Origin: Balanoglossus misakiensis
Taxonomy: Eukaryota; Animalia; Hemichordata
Direction of reading: 5' to 3'
DNA: 64,000 nucleotides
Assembly: GCA_040954595.2 (NCBI GenBank)
Contig: CM082581.2
Span: 4,456,699 to 4,520,698, forward strand
Below are positions 15,301 through 27,469 of the stretch, piece by piece. The position numbers and the translations under genes were made by a program. Each line of letters opens with the position of its first letter. Positions within the stretch are counted from its first letter, which is position 1. The notes below the pieces were generated by a model. It was not told the origin of the DNA. It searched no databases and was given only the letters and a program-made list of their open reading frames with translations.

Positions 15301-18300
15301 GACTTAGCATCAAAAGAATATCTAAGAGGTGTGAAATCTGTGAATCGGGTCTGAAATAGCCGTCTTCAGATATACACAGGCCTCTTCTCTTCCCATTTAA
15401 ACATCGCATATGTTTTTAGGTCTATGAGACAGAACATTAAAATAAGTACTGCTCGGGACTTCTGACGTCACAAAACGAGTGGAAGTGTTGTTTTGCTTTG
15501 TTTTGTTTTGTTGCTTATAGCTATTCTCCTTTTCTGCAAATCAGAGTCTTGACAATCGATTAATTAAATACGTCAATTACTACAAAATATTTTTGTGTGT
15601 TTTCTAAGTGCGACAAAATAAATAATAGAGTTGATCAGTGTACAATGTACGTAACGCCAGTAGCCATTGATTCTATTCAGGACGGAATAGCAATCTTACA
15701 TTTCACACATTCAAGCCAGTCGTCATTGAAAATTCTTTTGCGTCTCCAAGGAAACCATTGTGGAGAAAGGGATTGAAATTAAACGATGAGAAACCATCAA
15801 TCAACACAGTGTTGTTGCTCGCCGATTTTGGCGGGGATTGTTGCCGCATAATGAAGAACAAAGGCATCGCAGTCGGAGCCTATTCCGCCAGATGACTTGC
15901 TTTTTGTTCGTCCGAAGAAAAGCCTTTGTATGGAAGCATGATTGAATATTTCAAGCCGATACAGAATTTCTCAGAAATCCGATTATACTTCGATGAAAGA
16001 GTCTTACTTTCGAAAGAGCGGAAGTTCAACGCAGAGAACATTTTGATACCGCATTGTTCTGGCTGTTCAGTGAACGATGATTGGAAAGCGACTTAATTAA
16101 GTAATCAGTAGAACTTCATCAATGCCCTCGCGCTGTTATCTCTCGGACGTTTTTCGAGAATAATAATTTAATTTTAGAAAATAATATTTCAATTGTGTTC
16201 GCTGACTGCGGGACTATTGTGTTGAACATAACAGACCCCCACTAATTAACTCCAATCATATTATAATCTGTCATGATTAAAACATACAAGCGGATCATAT
16301 GGTGCATCATCATGAGTGCGTGTCATGCTGTCGGCTCATCTTAAAGCGGAATAGAATTGCAGAGGCCTCATGCTCTATACAGCTCTATTGTCGCCTGGGG
16401 GTATGAATCATTGACAATGGCCGATATGGGAATACTTGACAAATATTGGCCGTCCTTACGCCGGTCTCTTTCCTGCGATAATGGACGGCGGAAATTAAAA
16501 GTATAAACAACCGTCCTCATCACTTGTTATCTCAATGTCATCGTCACATTCTTGATAAAGTCGAGAATGATTTCACGCTGTCACATAGCTTAAGGTCAAT
16601 ACAAACCTATGAGGAAGTCGGAGATACAGAGGGAGACAGTTTACTGCTTTGCCAGGTTCGGTTACGTGTATCAGGCGTTTGTCAGATGCGATGATTCAAT
16701 CATTACAGTAGATTTCATCTTAGTTAACCGTTTTCTTGTCTAGCAAACACACAAAATGTGAACGAAATATGTTTAACTGACTCATACACATACAGCTTTC
16801 TACAGTGGCGTCATAGACTTTGACCAATATTTTTTATCGAAGTGTTACCGGCGCGGATTTAGAATTTTCTTGGAAACCAATGGCAACGTTCATGTTGTGG
16901 TCTGTTTGATACACACACTATAGGTCGCTTCTGTTTTGGTACAAATTGTTTTTACTGAACAAAAAAGTAGTAACTTAAAAATTGGGCGACCGAAGTTGAA
17001 ATAATATGCACGGTTCGTTATTTAACTTACCAATTGGTAAAATCCAAAGATGATAACATTTGCGTTGTGATAATGAACCATGAATTTAGAAGGTTTCACT
17101 TCACGTTACTGCTTCTCTGAGGTCTGTGTGCGATGCTGTAATTCACATACGAACGCCAAACACTAGACGTGATCATGCAGTCCCAATTTTGTAGTTAGAT
17201 TTATGTCCCAGGCACAGGATGAAAGTAACGCAGCCAATACAATCAAATTTCGGAAGAGACTATAGTTATTTAACGCTTTACATGCTGTTCAAGATATGTT
17301 ACAATTAAAAACATATATGGAAATAATTGCCTGCGTGTGCACTTGATTCGTGTATACCTAATATACAATATGAAGTCAGTTTCTTTAGAACTGAGCTTGC
17401 GGACAAACACTCAGATCACCAAGCTTAGAGTAATGTTGTAACATAGCTCTAGGGGGAAAATAAAGCGGATCTTTGTTCGTTGTCAGATTTTTTTGTGAGC
17501 GCATTGTTCTGTCCGTGTCACTATGCGCCGAATTTCAACAGTTCGGTTTATCTAAAGGAAAACGCATTTCCGCGCCATTCAAGCTTTAACCGCACTCGCC
17601 AAGTATCAATAAAAGCCTGAATAAACACTGCATGCAGTTTTGTAAGTACAATATTGAGGAAGTTGTAGAGATCGAACAAATCGTTGTCAACTGCAGTGCG
17701 TCATTTGCCGCCATACGTTTACACAGCCGCGCTGGCTTTTATTGAGACATAAACTGGCCATATGCAGGGAGTATGACGTGTTTCTGTACATTATTGGCCC
17801 CCTGTATTACTAACAGGCAAAGTTCACATAGCCCATTTTGTTCGGCTAAGGCGTATTTAATCATCTACTATAATGGCATCTACTGGAGACCAAATGACTC
17901 GATTGCAATAAATAATTTCTCTATTACACTACATCGACGGTTTTCAATCATAATTACCATTTTACGGCAAGTCGTGGTTGCTATTACGACACATGCGCCG
18001 GGGTGACCTCAAGTGCGGTGTAATGTGGGTAAATTATCGGGGGAGAAATCTGCTATCGCTTCATGGGATTAGTAGATACAACAACGGCGAGAACACAGAC
18101 ACTTGAGAGACTGGTAAGAAATCCATTGTTCTCAGCTGCTCTTGATTGATGTTTTTGGAAAAAGAATGTCCTATCAATCAAATGCAATTATCGCTGATAT
18201 AAATTACGTGAAACTCGACTCGGATTGACAGACTTTCATTATACATTCTTCGAATTGTGACGACGACGGAGTTCCAGCTTCGCAAATCGATGCACCAGAA

Positions 18301-20466
18301 ATAAACACATTGGGTCAACTGGGGCACATGTTTTGTTTATGTATTGAAGCCTGTCACGTAAATTACTATGATTAGACTAATAAATATTGAAATATGCTTG
18401 AAAACACATGGCATATGATATGTGTAAAAACTGCAACACATATAAGCCTTGTGACTTCAATCTGTTCCGCTAATACTATCAATTTTATTATTCAGATTTC
18501 GAAAGATTTTTTTCCTCATATTTTACGAATATTAATTACAGTGTCTGTCGATTATTAAAAAATGGTGAAATCATCGGCAATTTGTTGTAGTTCAAGAAAC
18601 TTTTCCAAACTATGTTTTTAAATGTGTATGTGAACGGCGCTGTTTGTTTTCAATACTAAAATTGTCGCCTGTGCGTGAAACACATAGTCCACACAGTGAC
18701 TGCTGAGTGTCAAGGTGGTAGTTCTTGCCTGTAATATACAACCTCTTCATTAATTAGCTTGTCATAATATGACTCCGGCCAGTTAAGGAGAGGAGGATGC
18801 GCTCTTTACAGCGAATATACAATTTTGCTTTCCTGTCACTTAACGGAAAACAAACACCTCAAGCGGTTAAATCACCATCATCGCATTAAAATCAAATCAG
18901 CATTTACAGCTACACTGAACTTTCGTCAACCCACCTTTACTAAAGAAATGTCGCGAAAAATTATGCACAGGAAGACTAGTATGCATTTTCAGGTCGCATG
19001 TCAGAACACACTGACCAGTATTAGCCAGAATATGCGTGATTGATAACGGAGATCGGCAAGTATACAGTGATAAATAGCGCTGGATTTGCTGCGCTGATCT
19101 ACTTAATGTGTGTGCAGTTATGTAAAAGATTGGCGCCGAGAAGGCAAATTACTGAGCAGTGTTAGCCTATCGCTTGAACACGGTTATGGCTTCAAATTGA
19201 GGTGGAAATTTGCCTCGAGTGTACTACACAGTACCGCGACTACATGCATTACTCGGGGACATCACTATATGTAAGGTGACATGACGCGTCCCGCCATGTG
19301 AACAAACCGAGACCCAGATTTCTCTGCATTCGCCCTTGAAACATGCACGACGTCAACATATGTCATCTATGAATACATTTCAAGGTCTTCGAGGGTAATT
19401 TTTTTCCATATCGTTTTGTTTGGATGTTTGTCAAACCATATGTGCCATCAACAATGCAAAAGTCACCTCTATTAACACCAAAGTTAATTACAAATATAAA
19501 GTCTTTTTTTTTACTGGCAACATACTCTGAATCCGGTGCATAATTACGAGGATTTATAATTTTAGTCACCCTCCCGTATGTTGTTTATTTGCATAGTGCT
19601 GCAGCTCGCACCTGGTTAGCGCTCACAGCACGCAGTTGTCGTGAACCCGCCACTTAAACAAAATTACAAATATAGTGACAACAACGATGATGACAGACGA
19701 TGCTGTCAAACCATCCGTCCGTGCAATATCACACTTTTTGTGGAGGTCATTTTCCATGTCTTCAATTACCCTCGTCCATATTCTACCGGCAAAATGATGC
19801 GCGCGCCAACTCTCACGCTGATGATGGAAATGAATATGGCGTGTGTCATTTGCGATGCTATATTGGGATGTTTTAAAACAAGGTTGAAATTACGCAAGAG
19901 GAATTGAAGCCGTCATACGTCAGTGATACATAAAGTAAAGATCAGTTACATCTAAAAACCCGTGTCGGAAATTATATACGAAGCAAATATCGCCACGTCA
20001 GCGGTTCATCGGGATCTGACTGACTAATATCCATACATGTATGTTTAGCGAATCGTTGCCTGTAATGTAAGTAAATAGCGCGTTTTCCTGTATATTGTCA
20101 CCCTGTTTGAAAAAAAAACCGCCAGTCTGCAGCGAGAACGACTCGCTATAAATACATGTACCTGATAATACCCAATGTATGCCTTATGAATTTTCCAGAG
20201 AGCCAACTTTACCTGATGTCTTCATCCATAGCGTCAATTTAAATAAATAGTGATGAGCGTTTCACTTCGCAGATTATAGTAAATTGATTTCGGTAATGTT
20301 GCTAAAAGTACATCAGTTATAGTGTCGTGCATTTAATAGAGTATCTAGAATGTGCACGATCATTCTGGCGTCAGTCAAATATCGCGGATTATAGACCGGG
20401 CATTGTTAGTAGTGTCTTAGTATCTCATTTTCTATTATTGCTCGCTCTTTCACGTTGCACTTGCAG

Positions 20467-20589
20467 CGAGAAAGGACGATTTATCCCCGTTCCAACCTGA
20501 AATTGATACGACCTGTCAACCAGCAGATATATTGGAACGAGCGCGCTGAACATCCGGGCGTTTCCATTTCAGAGAACCTGCTTGTACAT
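20467..20589 (+). other. Candidate non-coding 5'UTR exon of the receptor
   Basis: Pyrimidine-rich tract ending TTGCAG (20461..20466) and donor GTAAGT at 20590..20595. A downstream acceptor has CTGAC (20794..20798), a pyrimidine tract (about 20800..20820) and CAG ending at 20825. Confidence 0.35.
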
Positions 20590-21312
20590 GTAAGTTTCAG
20601 CTTCGTTGCGACCGCACGAGTTGAGATGATCCGTGCCGAAGGGGGGAAAGGTCACCCACTTGCTGAGAATCAGTATTTATGGATTACGGTGCGCGAGGCT
20701 TCAGACACGGAATTAGCCCAAGAAATTCATCCGTTTGTTTGGCGTATCAGAGCCGAAGGGATTTACCTAATTTGAACGATTAAGGCATTTGATCTGACAT
20801 TTACTTCTTTCTCCTTCTTCACCAGAGCGGCGGCGGTCTTTGAGCGCGACTTCGGCTGATGTCAGAACTGACGAAAGCAGCTAAAGCGTCGGACATCATC
20901 AGGAAGCGCGGGCTGACTCTAATCTGCTTTGTGTAAGAACTTATTTCAAACTTTGCTGTGCGCTTTTGTAGTGGCCAGGAAATTAGAGATTCGGCGATGC
21001 ACGGCTTGTAGTTTGTCTCACCTGGCCTCATCGTCTTTGCTGAAAACGCCTTTTGAAATCGGGCTATAATACAGCAATTAGCAGAATATGTATTAGCATT
21101 GATATTCAGCCCTGGTGATAAATCGAGGAAAATCCAGCGTAATGGTGTTCATCGACTTCATCGCAACCTGAATTCTTTTGTCCGATGTCGCCGGGGAAGT
21201 TCTTTTGAGCAACCACAGAGCTAGAGAGGGTGCGCTGTAAATGTGGTGACTTCACAACTTGCGCAGTGTCCTCGATCGCTTCCGGTGCGCTCTGCGCAGA
21301 AGAAACCGGTGA

Positions 21313-21320
21313 TATAAATA
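21313..21320 (+). promoter_or_regulatory. Candidate proximal TATA box (TATAAATA) of the 5-HT1 receptor gene
   Basis: TATAAATA about 290 nt upstream of the ATG, in a locally CpG/GC-richer stretch; CCAGT (Inr-like) about 25 nt downstream. Confidence 0.45.
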
Positions 21321-21382
21321 CGCAGTGCTTATAACCCAGTGGAGCCGAAGCTCGGATTCACTCGCTGTGTGTACACCGCTGA

Positions 21383-21426
21383 ATGCTGTTAAACATTTGT
21401 GAATCGCTGGCATCTTGATGCGCTGA
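21383..21426 (+). other. Two short upstream ORFs overlapping at TGATG (21383..21418, 11 aa; 21418..21426, Met-Arg-stop) in the putative receptor 5'UTR
   Basis: ATG CTG TTA AAC ATT TGT GAA TCG CTG GCA TCT TGA, with the A of TGA starting ATG CGC TGA. No other ATG occurs before 21601. Confidence 0.4.
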
Positions 21427-21600
21427 CAACGCTTCACCGGCGCTGAGACGGACTCGATACCAGACGCCCTCCCTCGATACCGCCAAGCGACAGTATTACC
21501 GCGTTTACACGCACTATAACCGAACAGTCCAGTCATTCACGCGGGAAACTTCGGCTGGCATCATCGCGTCGTTCGCGCTACACTGCGCGGTGAGCTCAGT

Positions 21601-22788
21601 ATGAACCATGTAACTGAAGCAGCCAAGGGGATGTACCGCTACCAGGCGAACTTGAACGCCAGTGACGACTGGGCGGAAGGAATCAATTTAACTCTGTACT
21701 ACCAGACCAAATCACCGAACGACTGGTTGTCAAATTTGACGAACAAAGGAGCGGCCAATGAAACCGACGCCGTTATTGTGACCATTACGCTGGAAAAAGT
21801 GATGGGCGTGATTTTGGTCTTCTTTCTGGTGTCAATGACGATATTCGGGAATGTTTTCGTGCTCTCCGCCGTCATACTGGAAAAGAACCTGCGAACTATC
21901 CCGAACTACTTCATCAGCTCGCTGGCGGTGGCCGACCTGCTGGTAGCGTCCTTGGTCATGCCCTTAACTTGCGTCTATGATGTGACGGAAAAGTGGATAC
22001 TGGGCAGCTTTATGTGTGACGTGTGGGTGTCATTCGACGTGTTATGTTGTACTTCGAGTATATTAAACCTCTGTGTCATTGCTTTGGATCGGTACTGGGT
22101 CATCACGGAGCCCATCGAGTACATGAAAAAGAGAACTCCACGGCGAGCGTTTTGTATGATAATACTGGCGTGGACCGTGTCGGTGCTGATCTCCATAGCA
22201 CCGCTCTTCGGCTGGCGGACCGAGGCGGACAAGGCGGACGTCACCCGATGCGTCATCAGCCAGGACTACGCTTACACCATATTCTCCACGTTCGGGGCCT
22301 TTTACATACCGCTGACACTGATGCTGATCGTGTACGGCAAGATTTACGTGGCCGCCAGGAACAGAATACGGGGCAGGCGCTACCGCGTGGAGATGAGCTC
22401 CAGCAGCATCACCATGGACTCGCCCAAAACGGCCGTCACCAAACTGACGAACGGCCAAAACGGACTGGAGACTTCGGATCAGGTGATAACGCGGGTGCGA
22501 CGAACGAAACGAGAACTGACCATGGCCAGGGAGCGCAAGGCGACACGCACGCTCGGCATCATCATCGGGGCGTTTGTGGTGTGTTGGTTACCGTTTTTCT
22601 TAGTTGCGTTAATCATGCCATTTTGTAAGACGTGTCACATTGCCCCGACCCTGGGCCGCTTCATTGCCTGGCTCGGCTACGTCAACTCTCTGCTAAACCC
22701 AGTAATTTACACATATTTCAATCAGGACTTTAAAAATGCTTTCCGCAAACTCATGCGCTGCCGTTACTGTCACAACTTGGTGCACTAG
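21601..22788 (+). CDS. HTR1A: 5-hydroxytryptamine (serotonin) receptor, 5-HT1 family (5-HT1A-like), class A GPCR, single coding exon, 395 aa; probably co-orthologous to the vertebrate HTR1 paralogues
   Basis: Seven hydrophobic segments and aminergic motifs: GN (TM1), SLAVADL (TM2), FDVLCCTSSI with D146 = D3.32, ALDRYW (R164 = 3.50), ECL2 Cys in CVISQD, YTIFSTFGAFYIPL (TM5, 5-HT1-type), ERKATRTLGII, CWLPFF, WLGYVNSLLNPVIYTYFNQDFKNAF (close to vertebrate 5-HT1A TM7/helix 8). Four N-terminal glycosylation sequons (NAS, NLT, NLT, NET), short C-tail with Cys, and A at -3 of the ATG. Confidence 0.95.
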   Translation: MNHVTEAAKGMYRYQANLNASDDWAEGINLTLYYQTKSPNDWLSNLTNKGAANETDAVIVTITLEKVMGVILVFFLVSMTIFGNVFVLSAVILEKNLRTIPNYFISSLAVADLLVASLVMPLTCVYDVTEKWILGSFMCDVWVSFDVLCCTSSILNLCVIALDRYWVITEPIEYMKKRTPRRAFCMIILAWTVSVLISIAPLFGWRTEADKADVTRCVISQDYAYTIFSTFGAFYIPLTLMLIVYGKIYVAARNRIRGRRYRVEMSSSSITMDSPKTAVTKLTNGQNGLETSDQVITRVRRTKRELTMARERKATRTLGIIIGAFVVCWLPFFLVALIMPFCKTCHIAPTLGRFIAWLGYVNSLLNPVIYTYFNQDFKNAFRKLMRCRYCHNLVH

Positions 22789-23702
22789 ACTATCGCTCAG
22801 ACTATTTATTTTACCGAACGATATCACGTGTTGTCGTTGAGAGAAGTTTTGGTAATATCCCACAGAAAATTAGACAATGTCGTCTTCTGACAATCGCACC
22901 AGATTTTCCCGCGTGGAACTTAACCGTTAATGTGCTCCGTTCCTCAAATTGATGATACCGTTTTATAGATGGGGATATTACAGTTTGTGTTCGGATTTAA
23001 ACAGGTGTGGCGGCGTGATTAATTACGATAAGCCGTATCTCGTATCACTGGTATATACAATGCATGCCATCAATCACATTCTTGAAAATATTACTGAGCG
23101 CATTATCCGTTCAATGGCGAAAAGATCTCCAAGTTTGTGCATTGACGTTGTGCATGACACTGTACTTATTAGGATAGACCGCGAGGGCTCAGCCTGTATG
23201 GCGGTACCTTTTCAAGTCAGATATCGCATATATTTTCGACATTAATGACATCATATAATTCTAGTCTTAACATAAAGTCTTGTGACTTCAGTCGCTCTGC
23301 ATCTCGAAGAGCACTGCGGTGGTTCGGCAAACTCTCAAAGTTGCCAACCCAGCAACGCAACCGAGCAAACCAATACTGCCAGAAGTGGGTTGGGCTGAAC
23401 ACTTTGATTCAGATTAGAGTTTACGACGTCTTTCATTATAATAATGATAAAAGAACAGGGCGGCTGCTATTTTTATTTTCCTAAACATTTCCATTTTATA
23501 TTGCCTTTTTTTATATAGTATGGTGTTTGTCACAATTCTCGTTCGGTTGACGAGTCTCCTTCAACGGAGTCTGTATACAGTGGAAGGACACCAATCAGAT
23601 CATTATACACTGTATTCTTGTATACAGTTAAGAGGCTGCATGCGTTTGCACTTCGCGAGACTTGCCAGTATTGTCATTTTCCAGGAAGAGACGAACCTTT
23701 AA

Positions 23703-24051
23703 AGCCTCTAGAGCTGCCACTTTTTGCATTATTTTCATGATTTTATTTTCAAGCTTAGATCGGTACGCCGAAACAAGCTTACTGATAGAAATACATGAAC
23801 ATCTCATCGACGCCTGATTGTGGTTGTATGTTGCAATTTGAACACACTATGTATTAAAACGGTGCCGCACCCATTTAATCAGCCTCCATACAAACAGTAC
23901 GCAGCTTATGTGGTATGCGTCGCCAAAAGATGACAAACTGGTGCAAATACAAGTAATACGGCTTAATGGTGAGGATTTTAAAGGATGGGGAATATATTTG
24001 AAGTATTTTATTGTGGAAAAAAATATGTGAAATTTGGCAGCTCTAGAGGCT
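23703..24051. mobile_element. Non-autonomous DNA transposon (MITE), 349 bp, TTAA target-site duplication, AG...CT termini (Kolobok-like)
   Basis: Perfect 22-bp inverted repeat TTTAAAGCCTCTAGAGCTGCCA (23698..23719) / TGGCAGCTCTAGAGGCTTTAAA (24035..24056). TTAA at 23699..23702 and 24052..24055. No coding capacity. Confidence 0.75.
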
Positions 24052-25739
24052 TTAAAGTGGCACTCCCATTTTGGAAAGTTTGCTGAACCCACAGTGTACG
24101 GTCTGATGATCGCGTCTTCCCTGTCGGATACTGCATGAACTGTGCAAAAAAGGGTTAATCCTGGCACAGCTAAAATTAATCCAACCTCGAAATCATCCTA
24201 TAGACCTATCTGCGCCTTCTGTTCTATTTGCTCGTTGCCGGTGCATCAGTCGTTTCTGATTGGCGGTCTATGGCGACGTGTGGGAAATTCTATCACCTTA
24301 ATTCGCGCAATGTGCGCATATTTGTAAGTGAAATACCGACCATGCGAACTTATGTGAGTGTAAGATATTTTACAAACTGCTACCTAAGGATTGTCGACTG
24401 AACAGACTCGTGTATGTTATGCTTGAATAATCCTTTTGGTGAAATTTTAGTTAATAGCCAGATGCTTTCGCGATGAATACTAAATTAATGCTCACTGAGA
24501 AAACGGCAATATTTACATCGGTCCCCCATCCTCCTCGCGATAGCCTCCGCCATTGTAGGGAATGAAGGCAATCGTCCCTCATGACAGACTAATTCAAATA
24601 AATTGTACCACTTTTTTCGATTTCGATTAGATATACTCTAACAACAGTGCACATGCGACCACAATGAATGATCTGTCGGTTGCAAAGACCGAAATGTTAA
24701 ATACGCTCCACCGTTTTTGACAAGCTTGTTAGCACCTCTCGTCATCGACACGTCGTGGTTGACATGCCCGCGGGTGTATTTTAAGCGTATCTTTACATTT
24801 TTGTCGTTCAGTGTTGTCAACGCAGAAGCGATACCGACGCGATGACTTATTGACGGAAACCAAAGGTCGACGGGTCGGTGTCAGAGCATTCTGCTGCAGG
24901 CTAGGCGGAAATTTATGCACCTGTTCAAATTTCACAGCGACCCTGACCATCGCATTTTATAAGTCTTGCTTCTGTTATTGTTTTTCCGACAAACGTTTAG
25001 GCTTCTCGATTTGGTTTAATGGCCCGGCTACACCGCGTCCATGTTTTGGGTCCGCGAATACATTGTCGGTTCAGCATTCGGGTTTCCGTATTTGTGTGAC
25101 CCTGTGAACAAACATATTGATTTGGAATATCTGCAAAGGTGGTGTATATACTCACATTTGTTTTCCTATTGTCATCGAATAAATGAACTATGCACAAATT
25201 TTATTTATATATTTAATTAATTTGCAATGCAAAGAATAATATGTATATTGGACATGCTGATGTGTGGATGACTAGAGTTATTTTTAGATGTAGACCTAAA
25301 GGGTGTCGGGAATGAAGTCAGTGAACAGAACTGTAATTCACACCAGCGCACCCATTTAGGTTTCTTCAATATTACATGTATCTCTGATTACCACTATGAT
25401 GTGGGTTTTAGCTTTTAGAGAAGATGTGGTTTAATTTTGATATTAATGTCGTTCAACAGGAAAGAACTTTACCTCCATATCACAAGAATACCACTCAATC
25501 ACCAACTTATGTTTGGAGCCCAAATTGACTATGGGTGTTATATCTAGACTAGTGGGCATATTATGCCATCGATATAGCTTATTATGATCAATGTATATAC
25601 GAAACGGGCGTCTATGTATTTATTATTGTAGTTTTAGTCAGTCCAGCGTATGTGTAGTTCACAACTTAAGCCTTGCGAGGTATTCCCATACCAGCCACAG
25701 AACTGTATTGCCGCGATGTCATGTATTTATTGGCGAGAC

Positions 25740-25768
25740 GGGTCGGGAGGTGGGTGGGAGGGGGGGGG
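25740..25768 (+). other. G-quadruplex-forming motif
   Basis: GGG-TC-GGG-AGGT-GGG-T-GGG-A-G9: five G-runs with loops of 1-4 nt. Confidence 0.6.
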
Positions 25769-26311
25769 TTCAAACGTCAAAGATCAAGTTCAGTTGTGTC
25801 AGTGATGATTATTGCTAAATTTGCGTGGTCAGCCCCAAGCATATGACAATCATTAGTACATGTAGGAAGCGATATTTTTTCACGATGTCATTGACCGTGA
25901 ACTTGCACTGAAATAACAATCGATGCTGACTGACCGGACGGTTAGCGGGGCCCGTGTACTTTAAGTGTGCTCTTCGGCAGTCCGCCAGACAGTCGAACGT
26001 GAAATAACGAGAATATTTGATCAGCGAACACAGCTGAAACGGGCGACGCTAAAGACGGTCACATTTACCTGCCCACTGCTGCGTTTTGCCATCAAATGGA
26101 CATATACAGTTTATGTATTGGCAATATGGCGATATGGGTTAATTAAGTGAAATATTCACAGAATTTTCATGGGTAGGAGTTTATGCAATATCTGTTACAG
26201 TAGTTCACATGTCATTGTACTGGTAAATGTAAATGTATACTCACACTGTAGTATAGACCAGGAGTTTTTTGCGTGTGTGTGCTTGTTATTATATATTTGT
26301 CAATGCTTTGA

Positions 26312-26317
26312 AATAAA
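26312..26317 (+). promoter_or_regulatory. Candidate distal polyadenylation signal of the receptor mRNA (alternatives: AATAAA at 24597 and 25178)
   Basis: AATAAA preceded by AU-rich, TGTA-containing sequence and followed by a T-rich stretch. Confidence 0.3.
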
Positions 26318-26764
26318 ATACCCGTATTTTTCAAATATTTCACGTTGCATGGTTGGATGAAGCGATCAGAATTGAGTGACAATGGAACGCGTGTCACATA
26401 TTGGAGCGATAAATAGCGATAACAATGGGACAAATAACAATGCTGGTTCTTTGCGTGTGTCCTGGTGAAGGCCTGGCCTCAACAGATGTGCGATATTGCA
26501 GTAGAGTATTTCACCCGTTGCCGGTTTTGATAGCTCGTGGTTAATTTTTTCTTTGTCGGGAGCTGCTAAGCCGCGCGGATTACGAAGTGTACTCTAAATA
26601 GAAACGAGGCCTCTCCTGAAAGATACAATCGCGCCTCTCTTGTTGGCGTTTGTTTGCCACGTGCAAATCTCTCAAAGGCCGCGTGAAAATTGCGTTTTGT
26701 ATACTGGCCTATACAAAAGAGCGCTTGCTGTATGAGAAATGCCAGGTGAAGCCATGGCTTGCTC

Positions 26765-27250
26765 TAAGGCAGACTGCACCTAGGGGACCGATTTCCACCG
26801 CGTGAATTACTGACCTACATTGAATACACGTGTATATGGTCATCATCTCGTGGTCAGACGAAGAACATCAACTGTTCGAAATTTCCCAAGGAATCAACAC
26901 GGCGACCATCTTGAATTTCAAATAGAGAGAAATCTAGGTGTTATTTTCCGACCATAACTTCCGAAATATTATGACTATTCTTTTTAATAAATGATTTTGC
27001 CAGGAATATTCGAGAGACGCGTGTAAAAGCGAAAACATTGAATTTGAAGTTTCAAATTGCGTCAATTTAGACTACAATTGCAGTCGACGTGTTCGATAAA
27101 ACGCGATCATTTTGTCCGTATTCACGGGAGTAACATTTTTTTCTCAAAATAATGTTAATTGCAAACTTGTATGGAATACAGACCGTTATGACGTAATGAG
27201 CCCATGATATTGCTACACCTCTTTCCTTGAAAGCCTTCGCGACTGCCTTC
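26765..27250. mobile_element. Decayed non-autonomous DNA transposon (TAAGG-type left end, degenerate right end)
   Basis: Left end TAAGGCAGACTGCACC... with a partial inverted match GCGACTGCCTT near 27239..27249. The internal GGCGACCATCTTGAATTTCAAAT (YY1-like) is typical of such MITEs. Boundaries are approximate. Confidence 0.35.
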
Positions 27251-27469
27251 AGATAGATTGTCTATCTTTCCAGCAAGTTGGGAACTGTAGTTGATTGAGT
27301 GGAGTCGATAGATCCGATATCAACAAATTTGATCTTGCTGCTGAGCCAAGCGAGTGCAAACCCGAGCTTCTAAATAGTCGCTGGGGGGCTGCTACAACTC
27401 AACATGCAAAACTGATTACATTAACTTGTATCTGCTCGAGTAGCGTTGTTTTATAACGGGTTTAACTTC

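Noticed and set aside
22023-22628. 201-aa alternative-frame ORF and antisense ORFs overlapping the receptor
   Set aside because: Expected by-product of GC-rich third codon positions; non-ATG start for the 201-aa ORF and no recognisable domain.
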